Source of the DNA: Spongospora subterranea f. sp. subterranea
Lineage: Eukaryota
NCBI GenBank assembly: GCA_049724395.1
Contig: JAUGWO010000013.1
Span: 230,296-250,295 of the forward strand
Length of the DNA: 20,000 nt
Reading direction: 5' to 3'
The translations under genes and the position numbers were made by a program. This document shows, in pieces, positions 10,277 through 20,000 of the stretch; the first letter of the stretch is position 1, and each line of letters starts with the position of its first letter. The notes under the pieces were generated by a model. The model saw only the letters and a program-made list of their open reading frames with translations, searched no databases and was not told where the DNA came from.

Positions 10277-12947
10277 TTAGTGATGTTCGGCCAACGATGC
10301 CGCAATGGCCCTTTCAATGTCGCGCTGAGTTTCATCATCCACATCCATTGAGGCAGCAATGGCTCGTTGCAACTCGTGGTCGACATTGCCATTCATTGAT
10401 TCGGCGATTGCCATCTCGAGATCGCTGTCGTGATTCGCAACCGTCGGGCGCAATGGTGCTTGCGGTGCCTCTTCTCCGATGGCTCTGAGAAACACATCTT
10501 CATTGTCATTCGCCGTTGAAGGAAGCCGTTCTTCAAGCGAGGCCGCAATAGCTCTGGCCAGCATTGAATCGTCGTTGCTATCAACGCCATAGGAATGCAC
10601 CAGCTGCTGGGCGCGTAAATTTCGTTCTTGCTGGGCGACCGATTCGGCCGTGTTTCTATTACCAGTGGCATCGATACATGGGTTGATCCCGTGCTCGGTG
10701 GCTTTATGCACATCCATCATGCGACGAGAAATATTCCGGGAGCAAAGTAAACATGGCACAGTTTTCGAACCGCACATCTGCTCATGATCCCATACTTGAT
10801 TAAAAGGGAAACTGTCACAGCACCTGACCAAAAATCAGCAACGACAAAATCTAAAAAATCTAGGGAAAACGTGCCATTTACAAGGTTTCAGCCTGAACTG
10901 ACAATTATTGGCTTGATGGTCAGGTAATGTGGCGGAGTCGAATTTCTGTCCGCATTTACAGACCACTTCGACATGGAACAACGCGTTATGTTTCTCACGT
11001 TCACCGTTGGCAAAGATTCTGTCGCATTGATCGCAATGGTTATGGTTCGCTTTGTCTCTGACGACAAGGTCAGAGACCGAAAGTCAACTTTTTTAGAACT
11101 TCATTTGAGGAAAAATGTGCCATACTCACTGAAATATTCGTAAAAAGCGACAAAATATAAGAGATACGACAGTAACGCCGAATATTGATAACGTATTTGA
11201 GGTGATGTTTAGAAATGAAATCACACACTCGCTGAAAAGAAAATTGATATCCATGTCGTTTCGTTACCTAACACTCATGACTTTGTGGCAGATCGGGCAC
11301 GCCCAGTTATTGCGGGCGCACACAATAGAATGGCGGTCAAAAGCAGCTTTCGGAATTGGCCGCATACAGTTGTCACAGCGAATGGAGTTCGGATCTTGAA
11401 TTTCTGATACGACAGAAGATGAACCAAGCTGTTTACCCACTGAAACAGAGTCGGCAGGAGGTTCCACCTAGCGAAGTGTAAGAAAGTGAACACCACTGGC
11501 AAACACCAAGAAGAACACAAAAGAAGAAAGCGGAGCGATTCCGACGAGCAGTGCTTTGAAAATCGAAGCAAAATGGAGGCAAAACTCATCATCAAAATTA
11601 GTGGAAACAGTTAAAATAGAAGGGAAAACGGCAGAAAGAGTGAAGAGATGCTGGGAAACAGCAATTCGAATACCTGAGAAGTCGTTAAAGAAAAAGCGGC
11701 GGCAACGCCATATGAGTGGACCGCAATATAATACCAAGAAGAACTAAATCCTGGCGTATCCGGATATACCACAACAGGATTATCGATATTTCCAGAAAAT
11801 GTTCCAGAAATGGCTGACGGTCGATCTACCTTAGTTGACACGTATATGTCAGGGCGAGCATCAGGAGTCCGTGTCTCAATGACAATTTTGAAACCAAGTG
11901 TTGGATCCCGTATTTTAACGCGAAAAAACTCTAGAAAAACATCAATCGCAACAATAGCGCAACATCCTGTTGAGCCTACTATACTGATCAGCCATAACAT
12001 GACCTTGCTCGGAGTGATCCACTTCGATAACTGCAATTGGTTCCTCTTTTGGCGCTTCTTCTAAAGGCGAATCGAAGTCGACCTGTGACCAAAAATGAAC
12101 CCAACAGAACCATAACAATGATCTAAAAAACTACTTCGAGCGTCGTGTCGATAACGCAGCCGGCGGGAGGCTCCAAAGATGCGTTGTCCGGTTGGACAGC
12201 GGTGACATGCAGAAGATAATCATCATGATGATATTTTACCATGATCGTATCACCACGAGTTAAAGCCGTGAACTTATGAAGAGCTTCCTCCAATCTAAAA
12301 ACAACCATGTCAGCTTGCGAACATTAACAAAAACGAAAAAAGAATTACGCAGCTTTGGGGTTCGGGATTTTCGTAAACGCAAATTGAGTTGGTTGAAGAC
12401 GAACAAACGTAAGTTTGGGTAACCCGATGAGGGACAATTTAACTTCAGCGCCGTCCGACAAGAGGAGGTTTTCCATCATCCAGTTGGGCAAGAATGCAGC
12501 GTCATCTTGGGCAGTGAATTCCAGGACACCGCAATGCGAAACGCGTCCGAACACAACATTGCTGATCTTGAATATGACCGGACTCGGCATGGGATTATTC
12601 CCAAAACGCAGGAGCAGCGAACGCAACACCGTGTCTGGAAGAACAACTGAAATCAAGTCTTAAAACACCATTACAAACATAGAGTATCCAATAAATGTAA
12701 AACGACAGCCCGAAGTGAAATCTGTGCAAAATATTAGAGCAGATCTTACCAACTGAATTTGATAAACAACCTGATTTATAAAATAACGGAGGAATTGAAC
12801 AAACACAATCAAGTTAAACGTCATAACTGAAACGCCGAATGACGAAGCTGCACAAAATCACTAACTCTTATCCCCCTCCTCGACATCCTTCCCGGAGGCA
12901 AGAAAGAGTGCAGAATATGCAGGCATTGTCACCTCAAATCCCGCCAT
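10277..12947 (-). CDS. UFD1-family protein with central beta-rich domain, TRAF-type zinc fingers and C-terminal UIM-like repeats, ~609 aa, 8 exons
   Basis: Exons: 12947-12866, 12646-12349, 12294-12135, 12082-11980, 11930-11674, 11467-11268, 11057-10875, 10823-10277 (1830 nt, in frame). UFD1 motifs VEEGDKIVLP, SHCGVLEFTA, LPNWMM, LPKLTFVRLQP, NPKAALEEAL, TALTRGDTI, IDTTLEVDF. Cys/His fingers CDNC..HSIVC, CPIC, CDQC, CKC, CKWC..HEQMCGSKTVPCLLC. UIM-like MLARAIAASL, DLEMAIAESM, ELQRAIAASM, DIERAIAASL. Confidence 0.9.
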
Positions 12948-13383
12948 GGCTTAATGACCGAATACTTGGGCCCTAATGACAAATTCATCCGCAATAGAGC
13001 GTGGCGATATGGCGTCAAGAAATTCGACGCGTACGCTTGTGGCTGATAGACCGGTGTGCACCAGCCATCAAAGTGCATGTGCCACTTAGATTGCCACTGC
13101 CAACAAGTTCGCCCAGTGCCACCGTCGACCATTTCGATCTAGGATAAACTCTTGATATTGTTCTGACCAGTTTGTTTGAATATTTATAGCCGTCTCATGC
13201 AACCAAAATGGTGAAAAGTTGAATGTCTGTGTTGTAGTTTCGTATTAGTGTCTGGATGTCCAGTCTTAAGGTTTGAACAGTCGACTGATTTCACTCTGAG
13301 TTCTCACTACCTTTCTATGTCAGTGTGATCTTATCGATGTTTGACCAATTGCGCGTACCAATATCTACCCACATTAAGCACAT

Positions 13384-13623
13384 GAACTCAAAGCGGAAAC
13401 TCAACCGGCAACCTTACAAACAACACGCGGTAAATACCCAATGGAAAACAGTATCTTTGGGTATTCTTCCGCCTTTGGACCGTGAGTCCGAGTTCTAAAC
13501 TGTCACATCTACATTCAGGACAACAGTAGTTCTTCCAGTATTCCATTATCAATCAGAGAGTGTTAACTCAAAAACTGTAATGATGACTGGTAAACAAGAA
13601 CTGTTGCGACAGTGGTTGTCCTG
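13384..13623. other. Intergenic element with two ~110-nt nested stem-loop domains; candidate structured ncRNA or foldback element
   Basis: Nested complementary segments read by eye (detailed in findings). No known RNA family motif recognised. Confidence 0.4.
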
Positions 13624-13771
13624 GGGGAGAGTTCCAAATGAACGTTAAAACCGAAAAGATCTGACCAATTATGGGTTGACTACTTCAACTACCTTGTGAA
13701 TTTATCACAGAAATAAATTGCATTTGGAGAATTTTATTTTTTTGTACGTGAACTTCCCCTTTTTGATAAAT

Positions 13772-14864
13772 TTAGCTCCACCCAGCCGACGCAGCGGGAG
13801 GTTCAGCAGCCCAATCTTGTGTATCGGGAACGTTAGCGCCCCACGAGGTTGGCATTTCCATATTTGCAACCAACTCAGGAGCACCCCATTCCCCACTTGG
13901 TGCCGGTACAGGCATGGGCTCAGTGCCGTAATCAGCTTCGGTGATCATGCCCTGTTTCTCAGCTTCGGCCTTCTCGGATTCTTCAGGCTCGCGGTAGATG
14001 AAAAGATCAACCATCACGTCCCATTCCTGGGCTCGGGATAGGGCACCACGAAGACGCAACACCTCCCGTGACAATAACCAATACAAGGTGGCAATCGCGT
14101 GCTTGCTCTTGTTGTTGGCGGGGATGCAAACATCGACGTTGTCTAGAGGTGAGTCGGTGTCACAGAAGGCGATGACGGGGATATTCACATATGTGGACTC
14201 GGTGATGGGCTGGTGATCAGCGCGAGGGTCAGTCACGACTAACAATCGCGGCTCCATAAACTTCTTCTGGATCTGGTTGGTAAACGTGCCCGGGTTCCAG
14301 CGGCTGGCGACATAACGTGTGCCAGTGTACTGAGAGAACTTGTAGACAGCGCGTTGCCCCCATATGCACCTGATAAAAAGCCAATAAACACTAAAAATGG
14401 GCGCAGTAAAGAGTGATAACACAGCAAATTTGAAATGTGGTTGACGAAATGACAACGAAAGAAAACACTAGAAGTTGCATGTTTAAACCTCATGAAAGAA
14501 CACAAAAGAAACCAACTTTATCAACAATGGTGAGGGCGCTAACAGGTCAAATATGGCACTCACGGTTGGAGATGACACAGATATCATCCGGGTTCTCGAT
14601 AGCGACGATGACACGGGCGGCCAACATCAACTTTTCCCAGGTCTTCTCAAGGTTGATGATGTGAACGCCAGTTGAGGCAGAGCGTTTGAACACATATTCT
14701 TAAATGAGAGATCAGTATTGGCAAATTGAAATGACGCTCGCCATCTAGCGATAGTGATTACCTGCCATACTGGCATCAACATTACGAGCGCCTAGATGCA
14801 CTTCAGCTGCGAGCATGAGCTGCAGGTCCTCAGGGGACATGGCCAACGGAGTCTTCTTCACCAT
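13772..14864 (-). CDS. RPSA: 40S ribosomal protein SA (uS2), 3 exons, with an apparent +2 frameshift in this sequence
   Basis: Exons 14864-14762, 14698-14564, 14369-13772. Translation [121 protein letters not shown]. Summed exon length is 836 nt (3n+2). Confidence 0.96.
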
Positions 14865-15876
14865 TGTCGGAGGACGATCACAACGACACGATACAGACAG
14901 GTAGATGAGGGTTGTATAGAACGCGCGGACATGAATCCGGACTCCGTGACGGGCTTTTTCGTATATGAATGAGCGCTATTATGTGAAAATTGAAATCAGC
15001 AGATTACAGTTTGATCCAAGAAAACCTGAACTCCATTGGAGTCTAGAACCTAGCAACGATTTCATAAGCAGGGCCATTCCTGGTGGGAGTGATGTCTGAA
15101 GCATGTGAAATTTAACGCCTTCCGTGACTGATTGTAGTGACTACGATCGTGAACACCTCGTTAGCACACCATAGAATGTGTCCTTAAACATATTACGTGC
15201 TCCAAAGATCATTTCAAAAAAGGTATCATTTCTTTTCGCTTCAACGAATCCATTGCTGCAGTGTCATAATTCCACAGGCCACCGCAAAGGTTTACATCTG
15301 TTTTGCTAATGAGGCAGATCTTACACGAATAGTGCACACTTCCGATTTTCATCGCTAATGCTTTGATCGAACAAACTTCATCAGATATATCAAACTCATT
15401 GGATAAATCGATAATTTATTTAAAAATCCAGTTTGTTGATTTACGGGTGTTAATGGGAGTATTTTTTGTGCAATCAAGGGTGTTAGTATGTATGTAATAA
15501 TTCTGAATATGACACTTTTTCATGGCGGACAATAATCTTAGAACACGTGCCGTTCCATCGTGTGTCCTTGTGATGTCTTCTCTAAGTGTTATAGCGGCAG
15601 ATATTTATCTTGAACCTTGCTTCCCTGACGATCTAAAGTTCCTCAAATATATTTATCAACGACCAAAGGGACGATATATCTTGGATAAATTCAGCGATCA
15701 AGAATAAGGAATTACAACGTTCATGATCGGTGACGGCTTGCTAGATGACCAGATCGCCGTCCTGATTCCTGGTCTTCTGTGTTTCCGCAGTCACTCTCAT
15801 TAAAAAAAATGCGACACTGTGGCTCAGTTGCGCAACATTATTCGCAGCGAACGCTTGAGTTGCTTTTCCCCAGACG

Positions 15877-16371
15877 ATGTCTGATGCCGTTGATACCAGC
15901 GCCCATGAGCTACATGCTCGATTACTGGCAGATTCTATAGCTCGTGATCGAGTTATTGAAGACCTGGAATCGAAGCCCATTCGAATGACTCAGGTCAGCG
16001 GGTCTTCTGCTGGTGCTGGATCCGGAGATTTCCATCATTATCGGCAACATAGAAGAATCGAGTTTGCACGTTTGAACGCGATTAATAGGCAGCATCGCGC
16101 TGAAAAAGAAGCTGAAGAGTTTGCCAAAAAAAGAAAAATCAATGAAGAGGTTTGTGCTCAGTTGACGTCAAAGAAGAGCTCAAAAAGACAGAAGAAAAAA
16201 GCGTCCGCCAGAATGAAGAAAGATAATATGAGGGCAGCACAATTATCTGAAAAAGCTGCAGCAAATGGGGCAGACGTTGAAGATGAGTGTGAAACCGGTC
16301 CATCTTTGCCACCATGCCTGCGTACCGAAGATGTTGCCATAATCCGGAATCTTTCTAATACATCGCCGTGA
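15877..16371 (+). CDS. PRKRIP1: PRKR-interacting protein 1-like (DUF1168 family, spliceosome associated), 164 aa, single exon
   Basis: Family signature VSGSSAGAGSGDFHHYRQHRRIEFARL followed by a charged helix and Lys-rich TSKKSSKRQKKK. Transcribed divergently from RPSA across ~1 kb. Confidence 0.9.
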   Translation: MSDAVDTSAHELHARLLADSIARDRVIEDLESKPIRMTQVSGSSAGAGSGDFHHYRQHRRIEFARLNAINRQHRAEKEAEEFAKKRKINEEVCAQLTSKKSSKRQKKKASARMKKDNMRAAQLSEKAAANGADVEDECETGPSLPPCLRTEDVAIIRNLSNTSP

Positions 16372-16559
16372 CATTTCATTATCCTGTTGCACCAAACATT
16401 TGAAAATACCTATTCTATAAATTCACATCGCTGGACTGAGTAAGTTTGGTTGCCATCATCGATCCTTAACGATTGGAAACAAGGATTGATATAACAGGTA
16501 CAATGAGGAGGTCACTGTGCTTTGAAATTACAGGCGATAAAAGAAAATGACATGATCTA

Positions 16560-17720
16560 TCGTAGCACCAGATGAGCAACGTGTTTTGAAATTGGAACGA
16601 AAAATTCGAGGTAATTCAGAAGCACGGAAAGTCGAAATATGCGGATGCATGAACAGGTCCAGTTTGATTCACGATTGACCCAGTGTGAAGCCCGAAAATC
16701 CAATGGCCCAGCGTCATCAAAAACATGACCAAGAATGTCTACCTGAGGCCAGCTTTCGTATCCAATCGTTAGATCCATCAGGCCATCCCGATCCAGAAGC
16801 GCTATCTCCGTACATGAAAATGTGCTGTTCAATGAGCAATATTTCGGATCAAGAACGGTTGAAACGGCCCTCGCCGACCCTACTGAACCAGAAACTGGTA
16901 GTGATGATGACTATGATGCTGATTATCGTGAGTCTGTTGATACTCATGACGATAATGTGCCCGATAATCGTGCCCAAGATGAGTCTACCACTATTGACGA
17001 TGAACGATGTAGAAAAGATTCTTCGAAAGCGCGCTCGACGTTTCGTTGGGGATGCATTTGAATTTCGATGGAAGGGGTATCAGATGGATATTCAAGGTGA
17101 AAATTGTGGATATAAAGGACATTCCAGATGACTCTACATTGATAATCCAACCCAATCCAGAGGGTACGTCCTGTAGCCTGTTCGAGGCGCGCCTGGTTGT
17201 ACTAGGATACAAGCAGGAGCTTGGCTGAAATTACAATGAGTCTTACTTCTGCCCCAGTTACGAGATTGGCTCTGTCTTAACGCAATATCCAAATATATAT
17301 CTCTCAAAGCGCCTCAAGGATATCAATCTCCAACAAAATTTGTCAAATTACTCCAGCCTTTGTATGGTCTTAAACAAGCACCGTATGAGTGGCATAAGTT
17401 GATGGATTCCTTCTTAACTAAAGATCAAGGCTTTACCCGTGTCAAGTCCACTACATGTTTGTATATCTGAGAGGAAGGATAATCAGTTTGTTGTTCTTGG
17501 TTTATAAGGTTTATGATTTGCCTATTGTGGGGCATCCTACCGTGGTTAATAACACTCAAAATGCGTTGAAACTTCGCTTCGAAATGTCTGATCTCGGAGA
17601 TTGGCCAGAATGTATTGAGATTCAATTGCTCGACCAAACTATGGTGTATTCATTAATCAAGCAGGGTATATAGATCATGTTCTGGAATGTATGGAATGAA
17701 CAACTCTACTCGGCAGCAAA
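16560..17720 (+). mobile_element. Degenerate Ty1/copia LTR-retrotransposon pol fragment
   Basis: Copia RT motifs across stops and frameshifts: RWIFKVK, FEARLVVLGYKQELG*NY (~17180-17235), APQGY, LYGLKQAPYEW (17360-17392), a decayed YVDD region (~17500-17520) and RFEMSDLG (~17575-17598). Upstream VLFNE..F plus an acidic linker resembles the post-integrase region. No LTRs identified; boundaries are approximate. Confidence 0.85.
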
Positions 17721-17879
17721 CGAAGCTACTGTGTCCACAGACTGATCATGATTGTGAGTTGTTCGACATGAACAGCAATGCATTGACCCTGGACCAATTC
17801 ATTCTGCATTGGGTCTTGGTGGGACTGGAATCCATTCAAGCGGCAAAAAGCCGTGGTGGACATAAGGATTATAGTATGA

Positions 17880-17967
17880 ATGAGCCCCTATGAGCCCCTA
17901 TGAGCCCCTATGAGCCCCTATGAGCCCCTAGGAGCCCCTATGAGCCCCCCCCCCCCAATGAGTCCCT
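17880..17967. repeat. Tandem array of the 10-mer ATGAGCCCCT, about 8 units
   Basis: Five perfect units (17880-17929), one AGGAGCCCCT, one unit running into C12 (17945-17956) and a final ATGAGTCCCT. Confidence 0.95.
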
Positions 17968-18082
17968 TTATCCCAAGCGGATGTCGAACCTATTTGAACT
18001 TGCTGATATTCGTCGGTTTCGTTAAGAAGTTTGTAGCTATCTTCGCGGTCTCACCGAACTTCTACTTGCTTATCCTTGACCT

Positions 18083-19335
18083 GCTCATCTCTGAGTAAGG
18101 AAGAACTCGTGGCCTATTCATCCATTTCGTAATTATATCAGGACTTTGGACATCGGTATCGTCGTCGTCATGATTATTTAGATTTTTTATACCAGCGTGT
18201 CTTTGATCTGGGTGAACTCAGTTTCCAAACTTAAGTTGCTGAGGATTGTGGAGTCATAAAATCGACCGATGGGAACTATTCTAGTTGTGATAGCTTCATA
18301 GCGAATCATGGCCCAACCCATTGCAACAGCATGTATTTACTAGAGGTAAGTCTAATTTACGGCTCCTTTAAATAATAAACCGTCTGATGTTCTTGTTGGT
18401 GTAGGATATGACTTCCGTTGCGTTAGTGGAATACGATGCCATTGAGCACCGTTTCTTTTGCCAACCAATGTCGCGTTATGAAGTACAATTTATCGGAATT
18501 TTCATTCGTTAATCGTCCCTTTTAAATGCACATTGGTCCTGTTGTCTCGAAACATTCGATCGGTCGATCACATGAATAAACATAGATTGGTTTCCCTCTT
18601 TGTCGTGCTTGCCTCCTATATGATAGGGATTCAAAACAATGAAGTTATTGTAATACGTAGATGATATACCTGATCTAGGGATCCAGCGATGAACATGGAG
18701 GGGATCAACTACTACAACATGCCCATCGTATATAAGATTTGGCCAAAGGCGACTTACTTGTCGAAGCATTGCACATAGTAAATATATAAACAATGTGATC
18801 AAGTCAAAGATATGTCGTTATTGAATCTTCTCGAATAAACTTCCAGAATTGATTTTCTCTGAGTTGATTATCGGTCAGTTGGCAAAAATCTAAGTAGCTC
18901 ATCTCTGAGTAAGAAAAAACTCGTGGCCTATTCCTCCATTTTGTAATCATTAATTTTTTATGCCAGCATGGAATTGATCTGGGTGACCTAAACTTCCAAA
19001 CTTAGATGGCTGAGGATTGTGGAGTCATCAATATTACCGATAGGAACTATTCTACTAGTGATTCCTTCGTAACGAATCATGGCCCAGCCCATGGCGATAG
19101 CATCTACGAGCGGTAAGTCTAATTTTCGGCTTCTTAAATAATGAACCGTCTGATTCTCTTGTTGTCATAGTCTGTAGCTTTTGTCGAATACGATGCCATA
19201 TAGCCTCGTTTGAATTTTTTCCTACTAATGTTGCATTGTGATGACAGTTCAAACAAGGTAGTTCGATAGGCCGATAGCTAACAATGTTTCCATCGCATTC
19301 ACTTTGAGAGAAATACCATTTATCCGAATTTTCGT
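18083..19335 (-). pseudogene. Two diverged direct copies (18083-~18505 and 18897-~19335) of a decayed coding-like sequence of unknown family
   Basis: Shared blocks such as gctcatctctgagtaag, actcgtggcctattc, tgaggattgtggagtcat, cgaatcatggccca and ggtaagtctaattt. Both copies translate on the minus strand to similar peptides (RKLDLPLV, AMGWAMIRYE.IT.RIVPIG, DSTILS.LSLE) broken by stops and frameshifts. The duplication is certain; coding origin is inferred. Confidence 0.6.
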
Positions 19336-20000
19336 CATAAATTGATTTTAAATTGGGGGGATATGGAGAGCCTTTTTACGACACGGTAATCCGACTTTGT
19401 CCACACCTTTCTATATCATTAATGTTACTCCCTCTTCCGGAGATGATTGATAGATTTGCGACATTTGAAAAGATTAAGCCAAAACGAAAACCATGACTAA
19501 GCAAATGTGAAATGTGTTTATTAACATGTAGAACTATTCACTGTGATAATTTTGGACATTCATCTTCAATGACGAAGGTGTATCACACGATCAAAAAGAA
19601 GGATTTTGAAAATGATCTCGAAATCACCCGCCAGAAGGTCATTTTTAAAGATTTCAATAGGCCAGTTGCGCCTTCGGATGCCTGGTGGTAAATTATTTCT
19701 AACGCAGAAAGGTAGAAAGGAAACGGAGCAATATAAGCAAAGCTATTAGCAATCCAAGTAAATAAAAGCCCTGAGTTTTTCTGTTGTCTTCATGATAGTC
19801 CTAGGCGGTCTTTTCATTGGTGTAATCCAGTCGTGTAAAAATCTTATCGTTACGTAAGTGTAACATATGATCATTATTGAAATTATTTCTCACGACTTGG
19901 TGTGTAACGAATCTATTAATCATTTTCGGGAAAATAACAAAAGTAAATCAATCAATCATTTCCGGGCAGAGGGAGTGTTCAGATTAGCAATTTTGCAGAT

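Noticed and set aside
12929..13132. ORF-track 67-aa ORF as the UFD1-like N-terminus
   Set aside because: Wrong frame; ATG 12947 gives the UFD1-like GDKIVLP after splicing. It could at most be an overlapping uORF.
13580..13664. C/D box snoRNA (ATGATGA ... CTGA)
   Set aside because: No terminal stem, no rRNA guide that I recognise, and the C-like box is buried in a longer hairpin.
15522..15707. 61-aa ATG ORF between RPSA and PRKRIP1
   Set aside because: Short, with no motif or splice support.
17880..17967. CRISPR array or telomere repeat
   Set aside because: No spacers and a eukaryotic context; the unit is internal and does not match TnAGGG-type repeats.
18092..18102. TGAGTAAGGAA resembling U12 snRNA
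   Set aside because: It lies inside the duplicated pseudogene, with no U12 5' end, stems or Sm site.
19719..19730. GGAAACGGAGCA resembling SRP RNA helix 8
   Set aside because: The complementary 5' strand and the long flanking helices are absent.

Overview
Eukaryotic nuclear DNA with many short spliceosomal introns (mostly ~47-60 nt, some 100-220 nt) and the standard genetic code. Intron size and gene density resemble a compact protist genome such as a plasmodiophorid, but that is low-confidence inference. Bases ~1.5-16.4 kb are gene dense: a 12-exon Sen1/senataxin-like helicase (+), an orphan single-exon ORF (-), a 15-exon GH37 trehalase with an N-terminal membrane anchor (-), an 8-exon UFD1/TRAF-zinc-finger/UIM protein (-), 40S ribosomal protein SA/uS2 (-) and a PRKRIP1-like protein (+). 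Bases ~16.5-20 kb are degenerate: a Ty1/copia remnant, a 10-bp tandem array and a diverged tandem duplication of an unrecognised pseudogene. I cannot demonstrate a new biological system. The best leads are a two-hairpin intergenic element between 9-bp direct repeats (13342-13670), an apparent +2 frameshift in RPSA, a phase conflict at one trehalase intron, a GC-AG intron, and G-quadruplex-capable repeats. All gene models were spliced by hand and no searches or folding programs were run.
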